Below are positions 1 to 9,895 of a DNA stretch of 64,000 nt, in pieces. The first letter of the stretch is position 1. Every line of letters begins with the position of its first letter. Origin of the DNA: Bacteriovoracaceae bacterium (GTDB lineage: Bacteria > Bdellovibrionota > Bacteriovoracia > Bacteriovoracales > Bacteriovoracaceae); NCBI GenBank assembly GCA_041586955.1, contig JBFGZE010000002.1:32001-96000 (forward strand), written 5' to 3'. The notes below the pieces were generated by a model. It was not told the DNA's origin and did not search any database. It worked only from the letters and a program-made list of their open reading frames with translations. Both the position numbers and the translations under genes were made by a program.

Positions 1-1
1 C

Positions 2-88
2 TCGATTGCTCATTTAAAAGAGAGAACTCTTAGTCGACAGGCCGAGTTGACCATGAATGCCCTCGTTGAGCATTTAATCGCTGAATAA
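2..88 (+). CDS. 3' end of a CDS truncated by the window edge (possibly a LysR-type regulator C-terminus)
   Basis: Frame open from the edge, SIAHLKERTLSRQAELTMNALVEHLIAE*, converging on the next gene. The family guess is weak. Confidence 0.35.
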   Translation, partial: SIAHLKERTLSRQAELTMNALVEHLIAE

Positions 89-125
89 TCTTGGGATGAA
101 TCCCCGGCCGCAATTCTTTGAAGAA

Positions 126-740
126 TTAATTACAGTTTCGCGCCCCAAGCTCAAAGAAATGTTTGCGAAGGCCGAAGATATTCGTGCTATCAATAAGGTT
201 TATTAATTCCGGATTGTCAGGAATGAATTCATATAATAATTGCTCCATGGCGAATTGAATGGACTGCATGCCGATATATAATTCTTGATAGAAGGTCATA
301 TCAAATTCATTAAAGGCAGGAATGAGATCTATAACATCCGCATGATTTTCACAGCAGGAACAACCTGGGCATTGGCCATTGCTTTGTATGAATTGCAAGT
401 GCTCATGGGTTTGTTGCCATAATAATTGTTCACGCTCTTCCTGATGTTTCCCAAAATTATCAATAAGCTGTAAGGCCAAGTCAGGATTCGATGCTAAAGA
501 TAGCAGCATTTGCTCGTAGACTGTCGCATAGAGGGAGCTGAAGATAGCATCTTCGACAAAGGCGTAAAAGACTTCCTCTTTATCTGGGCATTCCAGAATC
601 AGGTCCCGACCATTTTTCGCTAAACAAGGGGGGGAATCTGAATCGTTTTGGTAAGGTTTAAAAAGGGCAACCAATGGATTATCAGGTTGACCTGACTTCT
701 TGGCCTTAAATTGTCCTAAGAATTTATTAAGAAAAGCCAT
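126..740 (-). CDS. Hypothetical protein with Cys/His cluster
   Basis: ORF 126..761. AGGAGG RBS precedes ATG 740 (MAFLNK). Motif CPGCSCCENH. Confidence 0.75.
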   Translation of the reverse strand: MAFLNKFLGQFKAKKSGQPDNPLVALFKPYQNDSDSPPCLAKNGRDLILECPDKEEVFYAFVEDAIFSSLYATVYEQMLLSLASNPDLALQLIDNFGKHQEEREQLLWQQTHEHLQFIQSNGQCPGCSCCENHADVIDLIPAFNEFDMTFYQELYIGMQSIQFAMEQLLYEFIPDNPELINLIDSTNIFGLRKHFFELGARNCN

Positions 741-805
741 TTCGGACCTCCTTGTCCGCATTCCACTATACTCTTAATGCTAACATAAATATTTTAGAGG
801 CGCGA

Positions 806-1846
806 CTAAGGGCAAGGATTGGGAATATCTTCATGGATTTTATCAATTTCTTGTTCTAGTTCGGGAGTAATTGTCCGATCAATACTGTTGATATTTTCTT
901 CTAGTTGCTGAAGAGTTGTGGCACCAATGATATTGCTTGTGACAAAGGGACGGCCAGTGACATAGGCAAGTGCCAATTGTGCAGGTGTCATGTCAAAATC
1001 TTTGGCCAATTGGCAATACTTTTCGATTGCCTGGACCCCCCGTTTATTACTATAGCGGTCAAAACGTTTCCAACGGGTGAGGCGTGCACCTTCTGGGAAT
1101 TGTCCATCCAAATATTTACCTGAGAGGGCGCCAAAGGCCATGGGGCTATAAGCGAGTAAACCTAAATTTTCCCGATGGGCGATTTCAGCGAGACCGATTT
1201 CAAAAGTACGATTGAGAAGATTATAGGGGTTTTGGATACTCATCATACGTGGCCAATTATTTTTTTCCGCAGCGTTGAGGTATCTCATGGCGCCCCAGGG
1301 AGTTTCATTAGAAAGTCCAAATGCTCTTACTTTGCCTGACTTTTGTAAATCCGCTAAAACTTGAAGGGTTTCCTCCATCGGCGTATAGGAATCATTCTCC
1401 TGGTGGTTATATCCTCTTTGCCCAAAGAAGTTAGTATTCCGATCTGGCCAATGTAATTGATAAAGATCGATATAATCAACACCTAAGCGTTTAAGTGAGC
1501 CTTCGATCGCTGTTTCAATATGGACGCGGTTGAGCTTTGGTTTGCCATCTCGGATATAATGAGTGAATTCCATTGGGCCAACAACTTTTGTGGCGAGAAT
1601 GATTTGATCACGATGGGTTTTTAATTTATTCCAGCGGCCAATATACTGCTCTGTCAGAGTATAGGTCGTCGGCCTGGGAGGCACGGGGTACATTTCCGCC
1701 GTGTCGATGAAATTAATACCTCTTTCATACGCATAGTCCAATTGTTGATGAGCTTCGACTTCACTATTTTGCTCACCAAAAGTCATGGTTCCCAAGGTAA
1801 GGGCACTCACATGCATATCAGTCGTTCCCAATCTTCTTTTTTCCAC
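806..1846 (-). CDS. tas: NADP(H)-dependent aldo-keto reductase, Tas family
   Basis: LGTMTFGEQN, GINFIDTAEMYPVPP, YIDLYQLHWPDR, GLSNETPWG, SIQNPYNLLNR. Confidence 0.92.
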   Translation of the reverse strand: MEKRRLGTTDMHVSALTLGTMTFGEQNSEVEAHQQLDYAYERGINFIDTAEMYPVPPRPTTYTLTEQYIGRWNKLKTHRDQIILATKVVGPMEFTHYIRDGKPKLNRVHIETAIEGSLKRLGVDYIDLYQLHWPDRNTNFFGQRGYNHQENDSYTPMEETLQVLADLQKSGKVRAFGLSNETPWGAMRYLNAAEKNNWPRMMSIQNPYNLLNRTFEIGLAEIAHRENLGLLAYSPMAFGALSGKYLDGQFPEGARLTRWKRFDRYSNKRGVQAIEKYCQLAKDFDMTPAQLALAYVTGRPFVTSNIIGATTLQQLEENINSIDRTITPELEQEIDKIHEDIPNPCP

Positions 1847-1864
1847 GGAGGATCTCTCTTGTGA

Positions 1865-2566
1865 TTATTGTTGCTTTAAGATGGCCTCTAATTCTAATTG
1901 CGTATGCTTTTTTATATGGTGGAAAATATAAAAGAGAATCGCCACCATCATGACCATCATTGGTAAAGAGATGACAGGAAAGCTCAGGGCAGTCATCTTG
2001 CCAAGGGATTCATTAAACTCGACGGAGCCCGGCCGACCTTGGAGAATGGTTTCCGCCAAATAAAAATTAAGGGCCGCGGATATAAAAAAGGTCGATCCTA
2101 ACAACCAGGAAGAGCGATGAAGTAAAGGATTGAGGCCATTACTATTACCAACCTTGCGGTATTCTTCTTCAATCATTGCCAGATTAATCATTTGGTCGAA
2201 AAATAATTTAACAAGGGGATAATTGGTATATTGACTGGCGATAACCACGATCCCCATTATAAAAGGAATTGCAGTTTCTTTGAGAACCATCCATTGTTTA
2301 TCAAGGCTTAAAAGGCCAATACCACCAGTAAGGACTACCGAAAGTAACCCCAAAAGAGAGAATACGTTCTTTCTCTTTTTTGCCAGTAATTCGTAAAGCC
2401 CATAACCAATAGGGAGGCTCAAGGCAACGATAAGTCCCATTACCTGCCCTAGGTATTCTGGCTTGGAGAACTTCGTCAGAATGAGAGAGGGGAGAATAAT
2501 ATTGATACCAATGTTAAGGAGAGGGTTTTCTCCTTTTTTTTGGGACGTCGTAGGCATTTCATTCAT
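1865..2566 (-). CDS. Integral membrane protein (VC0807-like)
   Basis: About 6 hydrophobic segments. NIILPSLILTK, LTGGIGLL, KETAIP, FNESLGKMTALSFPVI. Confidence 0.7.
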   Translation of the reverse strand: MNEMPTTSQKKGENPLLNIGINIILPSLILTKFSKPEYLGQVMGLIVALSLPIGYGLYELLAKKRKNVFSLLGLLSVVLTGGIGLLSLDKQWMVLKETAIPFIMGIVVIASQYTNYPLVKLFFDQMINLAMIEEEYRKVGNSNGLNPLLHRSSWLLGSTFFISAALNFYLAETILQGRPGSVEFNESLGKMTALSFPVISLPMMVMMVAILFYIFHHIKKHTQLELEAILKQQ

Positions 2567-2688
2567 TGAGCTTTATTCCTTCCAACAATTACTTACACAT
2601 ACATGTTTTTATTTGTCGATTAATTTCAATTTAGATAGTTTAATAAAAACGGAATTTTACGACAACCAGAATATCAAGGATGATAATT

Positions 2689-3951
2689 ATGAAGACCTCC
2701 TCCCTTATGGCCTGCGCAATGACTCTTGTGGTCAATCCACTGTTTGCAGGAAGTTACATCGTTAAATTTAAGTCAATCGCGGAAATGGAAAGTTTTAGTC
2801 GTGAAAAGGCGGGCCCAGAAATGGAAGTCTTGACAAAAACAATTGGCGCTTTTGGTAAAGTTGACAATACCGATAAGTCAGACCTTTCGTTTCTGGCCAA
2901 GCATCCGGGAGTCGAATACATCGAAGAGAATAAAATTTATAAGGCGTTTCCGGTCATTGAAAATGAGATGGCAGAAAAGAGCGTCGATGATAATTATTTT
3001 GAGAAGCAATGGGGACTACAGAATAATGGCCGCAATAGTGGTGGCTGGTTTTCTTCTGGCAGAGCTGGTGAAGATATCAGCGCCCTTAACGCTTGGAACA
3101 CAACTACTGGTTCCAATGATCTGATCGTTGCGGTGATTGACACGGGAGTCGATTATAATCATTCAGACCTTAAAGATAATATGCTCGCGAACCTTGCTGA
3201 ACTTAATGGTAAACCAGGTATCGATGATGATGGTAATGGGTTTGTTGACGATGTTTATGGTTATGATTTTGCCAATAACGATGGTGATCCTATGGATGGT
3301 AACGGGCATGGAACACATTGTGCAGGCGTTATCGGTGCTTCACACAATTCAAATGGTATTCGTGGAGTTCTTGGTAATGTTAAAATGATTGGTGTTAAAT
3401 TTCTTTCCGATAATGGATCTGGGAAAACTGAGGATGCAATCAAGGCCATTGATTATGCCATCTCTCGTGGCGCTAAAGTACTTTCCAATTCTTGGGGGGG
3501 AGGTGAGTACTCTAAGGCCTTAGAAGATGCCATCCGTGCTGCTAATGCTCAAGGAGTGATTTTTGTCGCTGCCGCAGGTAATAGCTCGGTCAATAATGAC
3601 ACTCGCAATACTTACCCGGCCAATTATCAAATTGATAATGTCATCTCTGTTGGTTCTTTTAACGGTAAAGGAAACCGCTCAGGCTTTAGTAATTATGGAG
3701 AAAAAAATGTCCACGTTTTTGCTCCTGGCAGCAGAATTTACTCAACTTATCCAGGAGACCGTTATAAGAATCTTTCTGGAACCTCCATGGCGGCACCATT
3801 TGTTTCAGGAGCAATTGGGCTTCTTCTTTCCCAAACAAATATGACCCCTCTTGAAGTGCGCGAAAAAGTCACGCAAAGTGCAGTAAAAACATCACGACTG
3901 GAAGGCCTTTCTCGTTCCGGGCGTATCAATGCCGAAGAGCTTTTAAAATAA
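2689..3951 (+). CDS. Secreted subtilisin-like S8 serine peptidase
   Basis: Signal peptide, prodomain, catalytic triad motifs VAVIDTG / HGTHCAG / GTSMAAP, oxyanion AAAGN. Alternative ATG at 2680. Confidence 0.95.
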   Translation: MKTSSLMACAMTLVVNPLFAGSYIVKFKSIAEMESFSREKAGPEMEVLTKTIGAFGKVDNTDKSDLSFLAKHPGVEYIEENKIYKAFPVIENEMAEKSVDDNYFEKQWGLQNNGRNSGGWFSSGRAGEDISALNAWNTTTGSNDLIVAVIDTGVDYNHSDLKDNMLANLAELNGKPGIDDDGNGFVDDVYGYDFANNDGDPMDGNGHGTHCAGVIGASHNSNGIRGVLGNVKMIGVKFLSDNGSGKTEDAIKAIDYAISRGAKVLSNSWGGGEYSKALEDAIRAANAQGVIFVAAAGNSSVNNDTRNTYPANYQIDNVISVGSFNGKGNRSGFSNYGEKNVHVFAPGSRIYSTYPGDRYKNLSGTSMAAPFVSGAIGLLLSQTNMTPLEVREKVTQSAVKTSRLEGLSRSGRINAEELLK

Positions 3952-3975
3952 AAGTAAATTAAAATTTAGAATTTT

Positions 3976-4003
3976 AAAGGCCCCTATATGAAGGGGCCTT
4001 TTT
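3976..4003. terminator. Intrinsic terminator between convergent genes
   Basis: aaaggcccct-atatga-aggggccttt followed by a T tract. Confidence 0.85.
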
Positions 4004-4032
4004 ATTCCTTCTAATTGTGTTCCTCACTGCGC

Positions 4033-6051
4033 CTAACCACAAGAGGCCTTTCTTCCTTTTTGTAAAGAGCTTTCAATGACTTCTTTAAGTCTTTTGGGCC
4101 CCCATTTAGCACTACTTAGTTTTAAAAAGACTTTATCCCTAATTGATGGATCTATTTTTGATAAATATAATAAAAAATCATCAATATTTTTTCCTCCAGT
4201 GGGACCCATCAAGTTTCCACTTTCGGCCAGGAGTTTACCCACATGAGGCCCATTAAAGAGTTTATAGGTCTTCGTTAGGTTTTTGAGTTCAGTTATAGAC
4301 AAAGATTTCTTGGCCATTTTTGGGCCCGATGCGATCGTCTGCCGCGCGGATGAAGCAACGCTCTTTAAGGCGCCTAAATCCGCCACCGAAAAACCGAGAC
4401 TGATTGCTGCTTTTAAGCGAGTTTCCTTAAATTCAGTAAGAGCTTCTCTTGCCTCAGTAATACTATGAGAATCAGAGTTACCACTAAGATAGGCGCTTTC
4501 AATATCTCTCATATTCTTATAGGTGTTGATCGTTTTATGGCCTAAATGAGCTGTTTCTATTCCACCAACCACAGCACCAGAGATGAGAGACACGGTTGTA
4601 TAGGTACTCAGTGATTTGACTAATCCCGCCGTCGCTGCTGTGCCAGCTGATTTTAAAATTAACCCCTTTCCAATTAAGGCACCGGCCAAGGCAGTACCAC
4701 CAGAAAGAACAACGACACCTACAGCGGCGCCAACCATTAGACCGCCCCATAGCCAGACTTCTCTCTTTTTTGCCGATTTTTGTTGCTGTTCTATTTCCTT
4801 GATCTCATGGCAAACCAGAGAGGAATAAGACGGATCTTGTAATAAAACCTGTCCCACAGCAGCAGGATTGGTTAAGAGAAGGGATTTTATGCTATTTTCT
4901 GTTTTTTTAGAGCGTCTATTTCCCCGGGAGCTCCCCATTTTATTTAGTTTTCCAACCTGCTCTTTAATTTTTGTTAAGATTTCATTTTTAGCTTGTTCTA
5001 CATCACTAGCTTGAATACTTTTCTGATGACGTTTGAAGGTAAAAAAAGTATTTTTTTTATTTTTATGTTCAATGAGATCCCTATCCTCCAGTTGCCTCAT
5101 ACCTCCGGCCTTTTTTTTCATATGATCAGTTAGAAGAAGTATACCCGGTCCAGAGCTGGCTTCATGAATATAGGACTGTATGTATTCATTGGCCTTTTTT
5201 TGATTGAGATCATTTTTTTTGACATCACTAGAATCCCATATTTTTGTTTTCACCCAACCTTGGTCTGCTTCAAATTCTAAATTTTTTAATTTTGTATTTA
5301 ATCGACCAAGTTTATTGTTGATGTCATCTGAGACGTCAGAGTAGTTGGAGAACTTCTTTTTGAGGGATAGATTAAGCGCCGCTTCGGACTGCATAATTTT
5401 TTTTAATTTGTTTTTAAATTTAGGCAGGCACCCTTTGGAGCAAAAATCATTCACCGCACTTATTAATTGGGAATCATTTAACTTTCCATTTACTGCAAAA
5501 TCTTTTTCAAATTGATAGCGAGTACTAGTATAGGATTTCGCTGCATTCTCATAGGATTTCTCTAATAATTTATTGAGAAACATTTTACTTTTCTTTTTTC
5601 TTTCTGAGCGGGACATTCTATCAATAATGTCTATTTTGTCCTCTAGTTGCGCAATAACATTGTTAAAAGCTCTAGGCCCATACTGGCGCTGGTTACATGT
5701 GATTGTGATTTCTTTTGTTTCAAATGCCGACGTTAAAATTCTCGCTGTTAATTGGTCATTGGATTGGTCACTCTCGCATTTTTTAAGGACACTTTTTATC
5801 TGATGATAATTGTGTAAACGTTGTTGACTTTGAAGCAATTGTTTTCCTTCTACTGTATTTAAAGACTCTCTATTCCTAGGATTATTTATATATTGATTGG
5901 TATTATCTAAAATCGTTGGGCCAATTGTTTCAAATAGGTGTTCAGCTCCCGCTCCTTGCATCCACATATGTTGATTGAGCAACTCGCTGATCTCATTTCC
6001 ATAAATAGAAGTAAAAGCAAAAAATAATAATATAGTTAGTGACTTCTTCAT
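4033..6051 (-). CDS. Large secreted hypothetical protein with Gly/Ala-rich hydrophobic C-terminal segments
   Basis: 672-aa ORF, N-terminal signal peptide, hydrophobic stretch WLWGGLMVGAAVGVVVLSGGTALAGALIG. Confidence 0.75.
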   Translation of the reverse strand: MKKSLTILLFFAFTSIYGNEISELLNQHMWMQGAGAEHLFETIGPTILDNTNQYINNPRNRESLNTVEGKQLLQSQQRLHNYHQIKSVLKKCESDQSNDQLTARILTSAFETKEITITCNQRQYGPRAFNNVIAQLEDKIDIIDRMSRSERKKKSKMFLNKLLEKSYENAAKSYTSTRYQFEKDFAVNGKLNDSQLISAVNDFCSKGCLPKFKNKLKKIMQSEAALNLSLKKKFSNYSDVSDDINNKLGRLNTKLKNLEFEADQGWVKTKIWDSSDVKKNDLNQKKANEYIQSYIHEASSGPGILLLTDHMKKKAGGMRQLEDRDLIEHKNKKNTFFTFKRHQKSIQASDVEQAKNEILTKIKEQVGKLNKMGSSRGNRRSKKTENSIKSLLLTNPAAVGQVLLQDPSYSSLVCHEIKEIEQQQKSAKKREVWLWGGLMVGAAVGVVVLSGGTALAGALIGKGLILKSAGTAATAGLVKSLSTYTTVSLISGAVVGGIETAHLGHKTINTYKNMRDIESAYLSGNSDSHSITEAREALTEFKETRLKAAISLGFSVADLGALKSVASSARQTIASGPKMAKKSLSITELKNLTKTYKLFNGPHVGKLLAESGNLMGPTGGKNIDDFLLYLSKIDPSIRDKVFLKLSSAKWGPKRLKEVIESSLQKGRKASCG

Positions 6052-6052
6052 A

Positions 6053-7312
6053 TTAATTAATCAAGTTCCTGAGAAGACTGGCCTCAAAACATTTCAATTT
6101 AAATGCACTTTTTGGTTGAGGTATTTTTAAAGAGTTATTTTTTACAGCTTTTGGAAGTCGAACATTTGAAGATGGACTCAACATACTTGCTCTGTTTTTA
6201 TTAATCTGTTGAAGAATTTTTTTACCTATTTTCTTGTTTGGGTGAATCAATTCTTTAACTTCATCGATTCTTTCAAGGTAGATGACTTCTTTTATTCTTT
6301 CCAAAGGAGGGAAGTTTAACGATCTCTTTCCTTTTTGCACCATGGGAATTAATTCATATTTTCTAATAGGGTCAAGGGTATGATGATCAATGCCAATTTG
6401 CTTGAGAGATTCAAAAAAATTCTTGGTCGCTTTATGGACTTCTGTGTAGTGGTTAGTGAGGTTTGAGTAATTTTCTTCCAGATGAAATCTCATGACATTA
6501 ATATTGCTATTAATATTTCCTTTTTTTATAGCTTCTCCTGCTTTGAAGGTATACTCGCTACCTCGAACCATTTTTTTTCCAAATTCAAGTGGGCTGACAT
6601 GATTACCCCACCTCTCTGTTTTATCGACAATTTTTTCCATTTCAAGAGCAAGGTTTTTAACCCAATCACCTCTTAGGGCCATGGGTAATTTGGAATTATC
6701 AGATAAGAAAGTACGTCCCACATGATCATCGACCTTATTAAAGAGGTTGACGGTCTTTCTCGCTTTTAATTTCATTTCTGCAGAGTTTGCAACTTCGTTA
6801 AAATTCTTACCAAAGTCATCTGCCAAGTGTTCAATGATTAATTTCTTTTTTTTTCTGACCCCATTCTTATTGGTGAAAGATTCGGATTCTTTTAAATAAG
6901 TGCTCTGTTTTTTTAAAAATTTTGTTGAAGTATCGACTTTCCCGGCGTCGTGTAAATCTAAAAAATTAGATATATGATTACGCAATTGTATTCTAAGGTT
7001 TTTATCTTTCCAGACATCTTCAGGTATATTCAACGATTTTCTCAATTCCTTTCCAGAAATTGCGGGTTTATTATTAATTAGATCTGCAGGAATTCCATTT
7101 GCCAGGTAATTATCAAAGACTTCTCTAAAGAGAAGAATATTATTATTTATATGGTTATTCATATGAATAATAAAATTCTCCACATTCCAGTTTTTTATAT
7201 ATGGTTTTAGGCGTGGATCCACATCTTTCGGCACATTTAATGAAAAAGCATTTCCAATAAATTGGTATGAAACGAATAGGACAAATAGAGTGTTTAAAAA
7301 TGACAATTTCAT
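6053..7312 (-). CDS. Secreted hypothetical protein, HD-domain-like
   Basis: Signal peptide. Spacing H(MNNH)...LDLHDAGK...VDKTER resembles the H...HD...D motif of HD phosphohydrolases. Confidence 0.6.
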   Translation of the reverse strand: MKLSFLNTLFVLFVSYQFIGNAFSLNVPKDVDPRLKPYIKNWNVENFIIHMNNHINNNILLFREVFDNYLANGIPADLINNKPAISGKELRKSLNIPEDVWKDKNLRIQLRNHISNFLDLHDAGKVDTSTKFLKKQSTYLKESESFTNKNGVRKKKKLIIEHLADDFGKNFNEVANSAEMKLKARKTVNLFNKVDDHVGRTFLSDNSKLPMALRGDWVKNLALEMEKIVDKTERWGNHVSPLEFGKKMVRGSEYTFKAGEAIKKGNINSNINVMRFHLEENYSNLTNHYTEVHKATKNFFESLKQIGIDHHTLDPIRKYELIPMVQKGKRSLNFPPLERIKEVIYLERIDEVKELIHPNKKIGKKILQQINKNRASMLSPSSNVRLPKAVKNNSLKIPQPKSAFKLKCFEASLLRNLIN

Positions 7313-7319
7313 TAAATAC

Positions 7320-7346
7320 TATTCGGCTTTCTAATTAATAACATTA
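7320..7346 (-). promoter_or_regulatory. sigma28/FliA-like promoter
   Basis: Minus strand TAAT-N15-GCCGAATA, 7 nt before ATG 7312 (consensus TAAA-N15-GCCGATAA). Confidence 0.6.
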
Positions 7347-7524
7347 ATGAAGTTGAGTTGTAATTACAGGTGGTTATCTAGCCGTGGATGCGGGGTACAA
7401 TCTCCTCAATCAAAGAGCAAATTAAGTTGATAAAAATCATCATATTTTATTCACACTCAGTTAGCTTACTGACAGAAACCAGATGAGGGGGAAGGGATTG
7501 TGCTGGTTCGCCCCAGCTTTTGTT

Positions 7525-8862
7525 TTATAAGAATTTCTTATGGATTCTTCGAACCGAATTATCACTATCCTGATCATCAACTAGAAAACAAAAATTATGA
7601 GATGAGGCACCATGAGTTATCATTCTAACATTGATTCCATCAAGCGCCTCAAATATATGTTGCCCTAGGCGAGGAGTGGTGGGAAGATCATTACCAATAA
7701 CGGCAATAAGACATAAATTATTTTCAATCTCGACATTGCCAAGGTGTTTTAAATCTCTAACAAATTGGTCATTTAAAGTAATGGTACTGTCAATCGTCAT
7801 GGCGACAGATATCTCTGAGGTTGTAATGGCATCGACACTGACTTCATGCTTGCCAAAAACTTCAAAGATCGACATTAAAAAGCCAGAGGCGTTAAGCATT
7901 TTGGGATTTGATAGAGTAATCAGGGATTGATCTTTTTTAAGTGATACTCCGCGGACAGTTGGTCGATCCTCTACAGATTCTAAAATAATAGTTCCTTTTG
8001 CGTGAGGCTCAAAAGTAGAGCCAACAAAAACAGGTATTTTTTTTCTAATCGCAGGTGCCAGCGTCGCAGGGTGAAGTATTTTGGCACCAAAAGTCGCCAT
8101 TTCGGCAGCTTCTTTAAAACTTATTTGATCAATACTTTTGGCCTCTTTGCAAATTCTTGGGTCGGTTGATGCCATGCCAGGAACATCGGTCCAAATTTCA
8201 AGGAGTCTCGCATCGACAGCTTCTGCATATAAGGCCGCCGAATAGTCGCTACCACCTCGCCCTAGAGTGGTCGTCGCACCGTTAGGGGCACCTCCTATAA
8301 AACCTTGACCTAAATAGACCTTAGAGTGAGAGGTGAAAACCTCAAGAGCGCAGGCCTTTGTTTCTAAAATATTTGGCCTTGCATTTTTATGGTCGGCGGA
8401 GGTTCGAAGAACCCTTCGTGAGTCAAACCATTCAACATCTTTTGGAATGAATTTTTTAAGAACTTCAGCAAATATGAGTGAACTTAATAATTCACCGACG
8501 CTAACGATGCCATCATAGGCCTTGAGGGAGCATTCTTTGAGTAGGCAGCTTCCTTGGACTAAGGCGGTTGCCTCTTTTAAAACTTGGTCAATCTTATGTT
8601 GAACAGTTTTATTTGTTGTTATTTCATTAACCATATTGTGATGACGGCCTTTAATTTGGGCGAGAATATCCTGGCATTCTTCCCACTTTCCAAGGGGTGC
8701 CAATTTGGTTAATTCCACTAATAAATTTGTTGTTCCGGAGGTCGCCGAGACGATAATGAGATTAGACCCTTTATCTTGAACAATTTTGGCACAATATTTC
8801 ATGCTTTCAATTGTTCCCATTGAAGTTCCACCAAATTTTGCTACAACCCATGAATTTTTCAT
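7525..8862 (-). CDS. lysC: Lysine-sensitive aspartokinase III
   Basis: VAKFGGTS, TTTLGRGGSDYSAAL, EIWTDVPG, C-terminal ACT domains. GGAG RBS before ATG 8862. Confidence 0.93.
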   Translation of the reverse strand: MKNSWVVAKFGGTSMGTIESMKYCAKIVQDKGSNLIIVSATSGTTNLLVELTKLAPLGKWEECQDILAQIKGRHHNMVNEITTNKTVQHKIDQVLKEATALVQGSCLLKECSLKAYDGIVSVGELLSSLIFAEVLKKFIPKDVEWFDSRRVLRTSADHKNARPNILETKACALEVFTSHSKVYLGQGFIGGAPNGATTTLGRGGSDYSAALYAEAVDARLLEIWTDVPGMASTDPRICKEAKSIDQISFKEAAEMATFGAKILHPATLAPAIRKKIPVFVGSTFEPHAKGTIILESVEDRPTVRGVSLKKDQSLITLSNPKMLNASGFLMSIFEVFGKHEVSVDAITTSEISVAMTIDSTITLNDQFVRDLKHLGNVEIENNLCLIAVIGNDLPTTPRLGQHIFEALDGINVRMITHGASSHNFCFLVDDQDSDNSVRRIHKKFL

Positions 8863-8961
8863 ATTTTCTCCAAATAAGAGCAAATGGTATAGAATCAAAT
8901 TCTATAAAGCAAAGGCCATAATAAAAAGGCCTTTCCTGTAAAAAATAAGTGAAACGATTAT

Positions 8962-9753
8962 TTAGGATTCGAGTATATACCACCCGAAGTCGAATTGAAG
9001 TCCTTCATCAACTAAGATCTTTGGCATTTCCTTAACCCAGGTTTTATTGCCTGGGTTCCATTTAAAGCGCGCTTTAGCGACTTTATTTTTGGTACGGTTG
9101 AAGACATCAACTTCTTCCTTATTCCGCCAATTAGGAGCACTCAACTCGGCAACTATTTTAACAGTAGGGCTAGTTGCTAACTTGCTCATACGGGTCAAGG
9201 AATAATTCGAGGCGATTTTAAGCATACTTAGCACATCTGTCACTGCTCTATGAGGGAAAGGGTTGATAAAACCATGGGCATGTTCAAGAAGCGCCAAAGA
9301 GCGGCCGGTGATACGTTTTGGGAACTCAACATCGGTCAAGGTATCAAGCCATATGGCATCGGGATACTCAACACCATGTCTTTCAAATAGGGCCTTGAGC
9401 ATGGGTCGGTCGTAACCAATCCCATTATGCGCCATAATATAATCGGCCTTATTCATCAGAAGTGCTAACTTTTTTAAAATAATGGCAATATCTTCTCCGC
9501 GGAAGGCCCAATGCTTGAGAATTTCTTCGTCAAGGCCGGTGAGCTCAGTTAATTCTTCATTAATGGGTAAGCGGTCGACTTCATCAATAATCTCGCTGAG
9601 GATGCTGACAGGCTGTTTCTTCGTCCAATCCCAGAGCACGGCACCAATTTCCATTACCCGGTCAGTATTGACATCAACACCTTCATAAATGAGGTCGCGG
9701 TTAATACCTTCTAGGTCAAGACCTAAAACGAGGGGATTGGGATATTGAGTCAT
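8962..9753 (-). CDS. DEDDh 3'-5' exonuclease (DnaQ-like) with short C-terminal aromatic domain
   Basis: LDLE, AHNGIGYD, HRAVTD. C-terminal KARFKWNPGNKTW. GAGGA RBS before ATG 9753. Confidence 0.88.
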   Translation of the reverse strand: MTQYPNPLVLGLDLEGINRDLIYEGVDVNTDRVMEIGAVLWDWTKKQPVSILSEIIDEVDRLPINEELTELTGLDEEILKHWAFRGEDIAIILKKLALLMNKADYIMAHNGIGYDRPMLKALFERHGVEYPDAIWLDTLTDVEFPKRITGRSLALLEHAHGFINPFPHRAVTDVLSMLKIASNYSLTRMSKLATSPTVKIVAELSAPNWRNKEEVDVFNRTKNKVAKARFKWNPGNKTWVKEMPKILVDEGLQFDFGWYILES

Positions 9754-9895
9754 AAAGTCCTCTTTAATGATTACGGGGTCGATAATAGTGAAATTATTAA
9801 CAAAATTTATACAGTCCGAAAAGACTTTACCAAAAAATGACAATGGAGTGACGTATTCATGGCCAAGGGTGTTAGGATATGTTACCGGATTAATT

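Noticed and set aside
8863..8961. Lysine riboswitch upstream of lysC
   Set aside because: The gap is only about 100 nt, AT-rich, and lacks L-box motifs.
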